NCBI GenBank assembly: GCA_020184695.1 | Contig: JAANOX010000221.1 | Span: 1 to 64,000, forward strand | Direction: 5' to 3' | Source: Histomonas meleagridis 2922-C6/04-290x | Lineage: Eukaryota; Protista; Parabasalia | DNA: 64,000 nucleotides | Part shown: one piece after another, positions 14,400-24,835 of the stretch | Layout: the number at the start of each line of letters is the position of its first letter | Numbering within the stretch: the stretch's first letter is position 1 | Made by a program: the position numbers and the translations under genes | Notes under the pieces: model-generated | Database searches by the model: none | What the model was told of the DNA's origin: nothing | What the model saw: the letters and a program-made list of their open reading frames with translations, nothing else

Positions 14400-15590
14400 T
14401 TATTTTAAAATTTCAATGTCAGTTTTTCACTTTTTCAATGAACGCCTTACGTTCGATTCCCGTACAGTGCGTTTTTTGTTAATGTCTTACGTTCGATTCC
14501 CAAACCTATTGAATTTTATTTTTGAACTTACTCGTTCTACCTTAACGTTCAACTCTAACGTTCTTCCTTAACGTTCGACTCTAACGTTCTTCCTTAACGT
14601 TCACTTTATCCTTCGTCATAAACACCGTCATAAAATTCGTCATCAAATATTTTTTACATTTGCCACTAAATTCAATGACGATTCAAAAAATTTTACGTTT
14701 GACACTAATTGATAGCATCATTCAAATTTACATTTTCAGTACTCATTCAAATCTCATTACTGCCCGCCAATTTCTAATTTATTAACGTTCATTTACCACC
14801 GAAATTTTTTTCATTGTAAAATAATTCAATACTTTACTTTTTACAACATTGAAAAAAAAATGCTCCTGTGTCGAGAAACGCGTGTCAGATTTTTTTTTAA
14901 GATTTCAATACTTTTAAAAACTTTTTCAGAACTCATTCAAATTCATTTCCCGCCAATATTTTCAGTACCTATTCAATTATTAATCGTTTTGCCACCAAAT
15001 TAAATGACAATTCAAAAAATTTTACATTTGCCACTAAATTAAATGATAATTCAAAATATTTTTTACAACAACTTCAACCGTCATTTTCTCCGTCCGTTAA
15101 TTTCCGTTAAATTTTAAACAGAAAACGTTTAAAAAAAATTTTTTGAAATCCGTTAAAAAAAGTTTATTTTTTACAACTTACTTATTCAGCGGTTGTTCAA
15201 ATTTATCAACCGTCATTTTCTCCGTCCGTTTATTTTGCGTAAACGGATTTTATCAAGAACGTTAATTTTTCATCAACTGACATGTGATATGAAATGAAAA
15301 AACATGTTATGCGAAATGAATTTTTCGGAAATGTTATGAAAAGACATGTTATTTGAAATTGTAAAAAAGTGGTTCCATAAAAAATTCAATAGTGCTGTAT
15401 CTCGAACCAACGACCTTTACAAAAGTGACACCAAAAGTGACACAAAATTTCTGAGGGTTAAAAAAATAAAAAAGTGAACCCTTTTTTTGAACCCTCAACG
15501 AAACGAAGTAAATTAACATTTTTCGGATGATTTTACAAAATAAAAAATTAAAGCTAATTTCAAAAAAATTTATTTTTTTATTTCTAATAA
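14400..15590. repeat. Repeat-rich Maverick intergenic region
   Basis: 26-bp unit CCTTAACGTTC(A/G)ACTCTAACGTTCTT x2.5 (14,540-14,604); TTTGCCAC(T/C)AAATT x3; CAACCGTCATTTTCTCCGTCCGTT x2 (~15,076 and ~15,207). Confidence 0.85.
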
Positions 15591-15594
15591 AATA

Positions 15595-16155
15595 ATGAGT
15601 TGGAAAACTTGTGTTCTAAATCGAAATTATGAGATTAACACAGAATACCCTTATGCCATCAGAAGAAAACATGATAAAAAAGTCATTAAAGAATTTTCAA
15701 TTAAAACTACCGGTTATATTGCATGTAAATTAAACAGAAAATTATATCTTAAACATCGTATCATTGCATTACAATTTATTCCAAATCCTGATGACAAGCC
15801 ATTTATCGATCACATAGATCACAACCGTTCCAACAATCACGTTTCAAATCTCCGTTGGGTTTATCAGTCAGAAAATCTAAAAAATAAAAGTTCAGGTAAA
15901 GGAAAAGACTTTGAATTCTTCGACGAAATCAACGAGGATTCAATTGAAGTTAATAAGTATGGCAATCATCAATTAGAAGATTATTATTATGATGATAAAA
16001 CAGATGCGTTTTACTTTTGGAACGGTATTAAATTCAGAAAATTAACAATCTGTTATGATAAGCGCGGTTCTGCTCATGTTTATTGCAGAGATACTAATAA
16101 TTCAAGTTTTGCACTTTATTATTCAAAATTCAAAAAACTTTACGGATTATTATAA
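15595..16155 (+). CDS. HNH endonuclease (HNH_3-like), Maverick-associated
   Basis: KHRIIALQFIPNP..FIDHIDHNRSNNHVSNLRWV..SEN motif; intact 186 aa. Confidence 0.9.
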   Translation: MSWKTCVLNRNYEINTEYPYAIRRKHDKKVIKEFSIKTTGYIACKLNRKLYLKHRIIALQFIPNPDDKPFIDHIDHNRSNNHVSNLRWVYQSENLKNKSSGKGKDFEFFDEINEDSIEVNKYGNHQLEDYYYDDKTDAFYFWNGIKFRKLTICYDKRGSAHVYCRDTNNSSFALYYSKFKKLYGLL

Positions 16156-16655
16156 AACTTAGTTTAAATAATTTATTTTTTTGTCATATTCTTTTTGCGT
16201 TAAATCCTTCAAAAAATGCTTATTTTCTCCGATTCGTTGAGGGTTAAAAAAAAGTGATTTTTTAACCTTTGATTTTTAAAAGGTACTTTTTTGATAAAAA
16301 CCTTCAGTTAATAACAGCTTTAAGCTCCAAACACAACTTTCCACATAGGATTAACATCAAAACACTAAATTCTTTCCGATAAATCAACCGTCAACTTTTG
16401 CGTTAAATCCTTCAAAAAATGCTTATTTTCTCCGTTTCGTTGAGGGTTCAAAAAAAGGGTTAAAAAATCACCTTTGAAAATTAAAAGGTACTTTTTACAT
16501 TCACAACCTCAGTTAATAACAACTTTCCACATAGCATTAACAACAACTCATCCGTTATCATCATCAGCTCCAGTAAACATGCAATATTCACGTCAAATCA
16601 CTAAAATGGAGAAACTCATTCAGCTTTTCCGAATTTCCTTTAGCTAATAACTTTT

Positions 16656-16687
<32 letters not shown>
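16656..16687. repeat. (TTAG)8 microsatellite
   Basis: Directly visible. A shorter inverted counterpart (CTAA)n is at ~30,491 in the second Maverick cluster, in the same sequence context. Confidence 0.95.
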
Positions 16688-16690
<3 letters not shown>

Positions 16691-16872
16691 GTCATGCCAC
16701 ACATTTTAAAAAATAAATGTCATCATGAATTTAAATATATTTAATTACTTTCAATCAAAACCAACCGATTTATGAAAATCAATCGCGTTTACACCGTTCA
16801 TCCTTTAGTTTATGTAGCGCGAGTGGGAGCGAGTGCGTAGCACGAAGCTCACATAGCGCTGTGTGAGTGAGT

Positions 16873-17615
16873 ATAGCATAAGTTATTGTTCCGCTTCCAG
16901 TTGTTTTAATATTACTTTTAACTGATTCATTAATATTTCGGAAACATAGATCACATAAGTAATCTCTTTCAACGACACTTTTTGCTGCTAATAAGGTTTC
17001 TCTATCACATACAGGTGCAATAATCAAATTTTGATAACTAGGCATTAATTCTATTGATAATTTACCAGCCCAATTAGGATAATATCTAATATTAAATAAT
17101 AATAAGATATAACTTAATGGAATTATTGAAGAAATCTTTACAACAATATTATTGCTGACAATTATTACTGAAAGATCACAATAAACACCAGGAATCAAAG
17201 GATCATGATTTCTAATATTATCTATTGTAGCAAAACAATCATTTCCAGCCTTAGCTTTATCAGATAAACTATTATAAAACATAAACCATCCATATCTTGT
17301 ATTATGAATATCTTGTATTTTATCAGTATTACTATAAATTCTATACTGATCAATAGCATCACAAATACATTTATATTCAATATAATATTTTTTAAAAGCT
17401 GAATTGCTTTGAGAAGGAACGTTAATAGTAATTTCTTGTTCTAGAGTAATATATGAATTATCTAAATCAAATATTTGGAAACGATCTGTATATATATCAA
17501 CGTAGGAAGTATCTTTTTCATTTATTTTTCCAACATTCTCCGTAAGATGTTGCTGTAGAATACTTATATTTTCCAGAAATAATTTATGATAGCTTAAGTG
17601 CTTTATCAACTGCAT
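16873..17615 (-). pseudogene. Maverick major capsid protein, N-terminal half (element B), truncated by the end of element A
   Basis: DLDNSYITL..YYIEYK..DAIDQYRIY..IPGVY..FNIRYYPNWAGKLSIELMPS resembles the double-jelly-roll MCP N-half. The frame runs into element A's terminus after ..TITYAI; the true start is probably upstream (~17,780) but disrupted. Confidence 0.7.
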
Positions 17616-18249
17616 TATACCAGTATTCTAAATTTCCGCTAATGACATCTATTACATTAGGTTGTTGATTTTGAGGTGCAAACACATATATAAGATAAAA
17701 AAGTGAATTATTTCATAAATTGTTATAAAGTTGGATTAAGCCCTTGTAAATAATATATTATATGACATCCATTATGAGATATATTAAAATACTATAATCA
17801 GAATTAAGATTATTAATTTTCTTTTATCAAATAACATTTTCTTGAATGCTTCCTTGTTATTAATTTGCTTCTTCTTCACCAATTTCATTAATATCATCTT
17901 TTAATGATGTTAATTGATACTCTATTTTTAGTTCATTATTATCTTTTAGATATTCACTTCTTTTTTGCATTCTATCTATTGTCATTCTTTTTGAATTATT
18001 CTGATGTCTAACTTTGACTAATTCAAATAATCCTGTTCCACCAACATATCTTTTTTTTCAGATTATGTTATTTTTTTTTATTATCTAATTCTATATTCTT
18101 CGATTTTAATTCATTAATCTGTCTTTTTATACCACTTTGTTCAATAGCAGCTTGTAGATTCTGTATATTCATTTCCATTTCATTAATAGATGCTAGAAGA
18201 AAAATTCGAATTTTGCTGTCGCTTATCTTCTATGAAATAAGATTGCTAG

Positions 18250-19080
18250 AGAAATTAATGGTTCTTTAAAACAATTTATTGATAAATATCATCCTATTAA
18301 ATTAACTTCTGATGAAGAACCAGGTTTTGTAGAAAAGAATAATATGAAATTATTATATGATTATAATGTTAGTGTTCATATAATTACTGTTAAAAACCAT
18401 AGTAGTTTAGGTATAATAGATAGATTTATTATAACTATACGTGATATAAATACTCTTACAGGAAACAGTAAACATGAATTTTTTAATGAAAAGTATACAT
18501 ATATAACACTCAAAAGAATGAATAGATCTATCAATATATATAATAATTGTTATTATACTTCAATAATAATGACTCCAAAAGAAATGTTCGAAAATTCTAA
18601 ATTAAAGAAAGAATATATATTCAAATCAGTGAAAACTAAGAAAGAACAATCAAAATCAAAGGATTTAATACTCTTGATAAATTTTTTTGTAAGATATGTA
18701 TCACCACGAGATGATATATTTAATAAAAAAAATATCGTATTAGTAGAGAAGCACTAAAAATAGATTAACGTGAAGGTTATATGTCGACACTAATTGCCAG
18801 AGATGGTAATGTAATAATTGAACCTCGTTTTCAATTAATTTTTGTTGGATCATCTCTTCCTGATAATATTAAATGGGCTTATACGATACATTATAAATGG
18901 AATGGCGTTATTACAAAAATATCTAATTATAATAAAAGTAAAAATCGTTATAAAGTTTTTTCAAAGTTCCATCAGTAGAACCTTTTACTACTGATTACAT
19001 ACCTGTCGATTATTTATCACGAGCATATAGACCTGGTGATAAGAGTAATCTCGATAGAGAATATTTTGGGGAGAAATAAT
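18250..19080 (+). pseudogene. Maverick retroviral-type (rve) integrase, degraded
   Basis: KYHPIKLTSDEE, NHSSLGIIDRF, YNNCYYTSIIMTPKEMF and C-terminal TLIARDG..PRF..IKWA..WNG motifs across ORFs 18344-18757 and 18781-18978; stops and frameshifts. Confidence 0.85.
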
Positions 19081-19686
19081 GAATGTGAATTAATTTGTTA
19101 ATACATCTATTATGATGACTTCTTAATGATAACTTCTTTAATATGATTACTTCTTTATTATATTTCTTATTTATTATAATTACTTTATTATCATATATAC
19201 TTTTTTATCATATTTATTATTTATACATGATGTTTCGTTGTAATACAAGTAATACATTATGAACTTCATTATAAATTCACTTTCAATAGCAGTTTATTTT
19301 TACATAACATTACATTACACATTACATATGTTAATAATATATTATTTAACAATAAACAATGAATTAACGGCCTCTACGAGGCCTATTAAAAGATATTTTT
19401 TAAAAAGTAATATTTGCACAGGGCCCTGAGGCGAAACCGTAAGGGGGGCCTGTAGATGTTCTGTGTGTGTGTACGAATACCATTATCATAATTCTTATTA
19501 TTATTCAATATGAGATATTATCCCAACTGGGCTGGAAAATTATCAATAGTATTAATGCCTAGTAATCAAAATTTGGTTATAGTTTCGATTGTTGATATGT
19601 CTAAAGTTCCAGCTACAGTTTTAGAAAATGATTATAATATAGATTTTGGTTTCAGAAATATTAATGAAACTGTTAATAAAATCTTA

Positions 19687-20971
19687 TAGGGTGTTCGGTT
19701 ATTTCGCGCAATTTTTATGAATATGAGATTTTAATTAAAATTAGTAGTGATTTATTATTAATCATCGATGAAATAGGATCCATCATGTTCGAAAACCCAT
19801 TTGCAACGATTTGCCCATTCATCAAAAACTTTCACTTACATTTCGTGTGGAATCGCTTGAACAATTTCATTGATTGCTTCATAAAGTTCAAATCTTATCT
19901 TAAATCTTTGACCTCTGAGTTTTTCTATTACGTAGCCAAAAAAGAAGAAATCAGATGGTGCAACATCAGGTAAAAACGGGGGATGAGGTGCTCTCTTGAA
20001 GCAGGTATTTTGGATTTTGTTTTGGTCATGTTTGAGTTGTGCACACTTGCATTGTCAATATGCAACCATATCTTTTTGCGGCCGGAATTAGGCCAAATAT
20101 TGTTTTTTTTTTCATGCAATGGAATTATAATATTATCAATAAAATAATTATTATCCATTGTTGTGTTTTTTGGGAGTTCATCTATTATAATATATATTCC
20201 CCAAACTCCCCAAACAATTGTAATCATCATTTTTTCACGACAAATGAGTCCGGACTCAAAAAGTGGATGAGTTTCACTATCTATTGTCCATGCTCCTTTT
20301 GGTGCATAATTATAAAGGAACCATGACTCATATTCAGTTATCAAATCACGATAAGAATTCTTCTTACTCTTAATGATAACTTGATAAAGCTCTTGGCATA
20401 AACGGATCTTTTTCACTTTCTGATCGTCAGATAAAATGTGCGGAACCCACCTTGTATAACGAAATACTAAACCAAGGTAATCTGTCATATAATGATAGAC
20501 AGTAGAAATTGGAGCATTTAGAGTGTGCGCAATGCTTCGGACAAAAGAAAATCGATTTTTATGGTGTTCTGCTTGAATACGGAACAAAAGTTATTCATCT
20601 ATAGGTCTACCAGGTCTATATGGTTTCTCATCAACTCTAAAATTTAATTTGACCATTCTGATCCATTTATACATTGCTGAGTCCTTTAACGCACTCTCGC
20701 CGAACTTCTTGTTTAATTTTTTTCTTATTTTCTTTGTCCAGAGCCCTTTTTTAACGAGTTCTTCAATGAAAAGAAGCTGTTCCATATGCTTAACGTACCA
20801 TTTTTAACATACAAAAAAATATTGTTATGGTTAAATTTCAATTTCTTAATGGATAATTTCAACATTAACCATATCAGTAAAAAGCTATTTAAAAATACTT
20901 TTAAATTTTATATAGTGTTTAGTGATTTAATATTTATATATTTTTTTTGCACGAATTAACCGAACACCCTA
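19687..20971 (-). mobile_element. Tc1/mariner DNA transposon, 1,285 bp
   Basis: 25-bp TIRs TAGGGTGTTCGGTTA(T/A)TTCG(C/T)GCAA with 2 mismatches; flanking TA at 19,685-86 and 20,972-73. Confidence 0.95.
19758..20785 (-). pseudogene. Mariner transposase, inactivated
   Basis: WVPHIL, HIDNA and PHPPF.PDVAPSDFF motifs. In-frame TAA at 20,591-93, frameshift near 20,010, and first catalytic Asp context mutated (TEYESW versus TGDESW). Confidence 0.92.
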
Positions 20972-22085
20972 TAATAAAACAACAATCGTTATATCACAAA
21001 CATTCAAATGTAATACTCAAACTACCAAGATGTTAAGATTAAGCTAGCAGAATATATGTTAAAAATAGATATATTTAATGCATTAGCCGTTAAATATGTG
21101 ATAACACCATTACTATTTCCAATACATATATGTGAAATGAGAGATTTCACACAACCATTATCGAAAAATACTGATTTAGATACTGCTGCTACGATAGGTG
21201 TTAGACATCGTGATATATTGTTCAGAGTATGTAGAATAAATCAATATAGTAGAACATGCTTTATTCCACAACTTGAATATCGATTTAATATTGATGTAAA
21301 ATGTATCCAAGAGAATAATATGAAACTATCATTGATTCTAAACATCTGAATACATTAGATTCATTAAATTTAAATGGTAGTTTATTAAGTAGTATAAATA
21401 ATGATATTAAAAACTTCATTACAACCATATTATTTTTGATATGTATATGATGATGATAGTTCGACAATAACAAAACAACAAGTTTGGCATGGTAAAGATA
21501 ATAGTAATTTCTTAGTTGGTTTACCATTTGCTGAGGGTGAATATTTTCAAGGTGGTATATCTACAACTGGCACTGTTCAAAAAGAATTACATGGTAATAG
21601 AATACCCAGTAGTAAAGGTACTAGCAGGCATTTTGAATATGGATTTCATATCACCAGTTGGCATATATTTCGAAGATGCTATATTAAAAATTCGTTCAAT
21701 GAAGCCAGATGGTAGATCACAAATAGAAATTACAAGCATTAGCGTTGTGTTTAGATATTATTGAAAATAATCCATAAATAGTGAATAAATATATTATTGC
21801 TGATGAAAATGAATTAATAAAATTAATACAATTTATAACAGATACTAATAATATAGAATTATTAAAAGCAGATACTGATAGTTATTGTTGTAAAAGTAAT
21901 ACTTATGATTATGTTAGTAAAATATATGTTAAAAAAAATGAAACTTATAATTAAAAATATACCTATCCAGATGTCATAGAATTTCTTGATAAACGGCATA
22001 TCATTTAAGATTTGTAAAATCTACAAGGTTAACATATAAACATTAATTTTATATAAAATATTAATATATTATTTTTATATTTTTA

Positions 22086-22337
22086 TTGTTAAATAAAATA
22101 ATAAATTTTACAATGATATATATTTTATTATTATCAACAATATACATAATAAATTATACATTGGAAACATTATGTTATATTCATTATTGTGAAGGCAAAA
22201 AACCTGTAAATATCAAAATTAATAATGTTGATCATTCTGATTATAATGTTAGTGATAATGATGCCGCTGGCAATAGTCCGCTTATGAATGAAATGAATAA
22301 TGATATACCAAAAATATGTAGAAATTTGTATTGTTAA
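22086..22337 (+). CDS. Small ORF with N-terminal hydrophobic segment, inside Maverick C
   Basis: 83 aa, IYILLLSTIYII hydrophobic stretch; no recognised domain. Confidence 0.3.
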   Translation: MLNKIINFTMIYILLLSTIYIINYTLETLCYIHYCEGKKPVNIKINNVDHSDYNVSDNDAAGNSPLMNEMNNDIPKICRNLYC

Positions 22338-23859
22338 AAAAACACTGTATTAACATATATTTTTATCGTAATATTGTGTGTATTTCGAAAGAACGATGTT
22401 TTTGGTTATTTTTATCGTAATATTATTGTGTGCAGGATGTGCATTATTAGAATGGGGGTTTGAAATTTCATTAAAATACTTTGTTTTAGCTTTTAGCTTT
22501 TTTCCCAATAATTTGATGTGAATTTTTATGTCAACAAAAAAGTGTGTCAAAGCTTTGTGGAATAAGATATGTTTATATGTGTGATTTGTATATAAGTTTT
22601 GTTGTAAATTATATGTTTGATTTACAAAATGCTTAACAAAATTTTTCGTTTTAGCAATCTATATATTGCTTGCTTGCGAAACACACCACAAAGAAATGGT
22701 GCTACGAAGTAGCACAAATGGAATTGTGCTGTGTGTGTGTCATATATGTAAAACACGACCATTATCATTCGAAATTTTCGAACCCCACGAGTGAAGTCCA
22801 TGTTAATGTTTAGTTAATTTTTCATTCAAAAAGTTCTGCATTTTTTAGCGATTTTCCGAATAATTTTAATCATTTAAAATCACTCTTTTACATTCATTCA
22901 TTATATTATTTAAAAGTGTCTTATTAATTATTGAGTTCACCAACTTTAAATGTGTTTTTAAATATTGAAACAATATGTTTTAAGGTTAAATTGAAAAACT
23001 TCAATTAAACATCAAGTTTTTTATATGTTAACCGTGTGATTTTCAACTTTTGTATTGACCGATGTTTATTAGCAAAGGTCTTCAACTATGTTAGGTCTTA
23101 AAACATGAAAATCCTTCATTTACTGCTCATTTCGAACATTGTGAAGCAATTTAGAACGATGTAATCCCAGGAATTCCATTTTATACCACTATAAAATATC
23201 AAATATGAAAAAATCATAAACAAAGAAGGACACACTCATGCACACAATGTCTAAGATCCAATCTTCCAAATTAATAACGAAAATTTTGCTATATTTAATA
23301 AGAATTTTACTTTCTTCAAAACCTGTATGTTTTTTTAATTTTCTTGACTGGCAATAAGTTCGCATTAGTAATGCTTCAAGTTTTAAAGGATAAAATCAAA
23401 TTCCAAGCTGGGAATCATCATGTTTTACAAATACACAAATTAAATCCTTTATACCCAGAATCTTTGTTGAAAACAACACAACAACCAATGTTGAATAGGT
23501 GTTATGGCAATATATCTTTGGTCCAGTCGAAATTTTATGCTTTTTCATTGATGCACTTCAAAACGACAAAACAGACCAACCAATTAAATTCAATATTTGA
23601 ACATGTTCATTTAACCGTCTTTTTTCAATGAAATTTCTGTTTGTAAAAACGAAATTTCAAATTTTCTTCAGCACAACACAGAATGTTTTCGAGCAACTAT
23701 GAATTGAAAAGAAAAGATAAGAAAATACAAAAAAAAATTATATTTAAAATATAATGAAATTTTTAAATAACAGTGACGGAATTTATGAAATTCCAAAGAA
23801 TTTATTTACAGAATAGTCATCAGTTATTTATATTAATTTTAGTATAATTATATGTCAAG

Positions 23860-24230
23860 CATATGGAACAGTGTGTTTCCAATTTTTTTTTAACTAGAAA
23901 CGATTATCTTTAGAGAAAATGGTATAACAATTGGCAGTTTAGCATTTTCATCATGTTTATTAATCAAAAGCATTACAAACTCAATTTTAACAATTAACAG
24001 TTATGCATATTTATCATGTTTGAATTTAAAAATATTAACACATGGGAACGGAATAACAAGTATTGGACATTCAGAATTTGTTATTAACTTGAATGCATTT
24101 ATTATTATGGGAACAATGAACCAAATAATCTTTTTTAATGTAACAACAACAGTTATCACATATTCAACATATGAAAGCACGAAATTTGGAATTTTAAATG
24201 TTAACAAATCATATGATGATGAATGAAACT
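23860..24230 (+). pseudogene. BspA-like leucine-rich repeat remnant
   Basis: Translates ..ENGITIGSLAFSSCLLIKSI..TINSYAYLSCLNLKIL..NGITSIGHSEF, i.e. BspA/LRR_5-type xxIGxxAFxxCxxL repeats; no intact long ORF. Confidence 0.5.
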
Positions 24231-24835
24231 GCAAACCATTTACTACATTGTCATTTTCAGCATTATATACACTCAGTTGAAGTAATCCATTTTAAAACAA
24301 ACGCATTTATTTACTATATGCGTTCACTCGCCAGTGTTATGAAAAAATTTTTTCCCTATATTGCCAATACCACCATTGTTTTGTATGTTTCCAATAATTA
24401 TCAATTTACATTGGTAATTTTTTTTGAAAACATTAATGTTAACACATTGCTAAGGCTAGAAAAAAAATTAAAAAAATTTCATCTTGGATAAAGAATGGAT
24501 GTAAAAATGTGAACAACATGTTATTCAAATTACTTTTTTGAACCATTGTTCGACTAGATCCAAAGCAATATCCGTGTATCGAAATTATAAAATACAACAT
24601 CCATTTTGGTGCAGTTTAACTATTTGTACACTTTTCGATCGGTTTTGATGTTATCATGTTCAAAAAGTGAAACCGATACAACAGATTTTTACAGTTGTAA
24701 AGAAATGACGATTAAACCGCCATAATCAAGACAAAATTGTGTCTTTTTTACGAACCTGAATTTCAATTGTTACGATTATTTGCAATTGAAGCAAGCTATT
24801 AGCCGTTTTTCTGTTTTTCAATACCTAAGAACCAA

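Larger units (their letters stand above)
10653..16872. mobile_element. Maverick/Polinton element A (right part; left part lost at the fold point)
   Basis: Penton-like gene, A32-like ATPase, HNH and modular intergenic repeats. Ends in a GC-rich hairpin block followed by GTGTGAGTGAGT at 16,872. Confidence 0.8.
16873..19472. mobile_element. Maverick element B (right part)
   Basis: MCP N-half, integrase, an AT-rich subterminal region, and a terminus with hairpins plus CTGTGTGTGTGT ending at 19,472. Confidence 0.7.
19490..21770 (+). pseudogene. Second major capsid protein gene (element C), interrupted by mariner
   Basis: 19,500-19,686 translates LFNMRYYPNWAGKLSIVLMPSNQNLVI..FRNINETV, paralogous to the element B MCP. 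It resumes after 20,973 (..RHRDILF..TCFIPQLEYRFNID..LPFAEGEYFQGGISTTGTVQ..FEDAILKIRSMKPDGR) with frameshifts. Confidence 0.75.
19473..22740. mobile_element. Maverick element C (right part)
   Basis: MCP mid and C-terminal part, small ORFs, and a terminus GTGCTACGAAGTAGCAC..GCTGTGTGTGTGT ending at 22,740. Confidence 0.7.

Noticed and set aside
16656-16687. (TTAG)n as an interstitial telomere
   Set aside because: Only 8 units, and it recurs in the same Maverick spacer context at ~30,491; an element-internal microsatellite.
19417-19453. Hammerhead ribozyme (CTGAG..GAAA inside a three-way-like fold)
   Set aside because: No stem II between CUGANGA and GAAA, A9 is missing, and there is no NUH cleavage triplet; better explained as a Maverick subterminal hairpin.
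20591-20593. Stop-codon reassignment or readthrough suggested by the in-frame TAA in the transposase
   Set aside because: The same gene has other disabling lesions, and host genes terminate normally at TAA/TGA.
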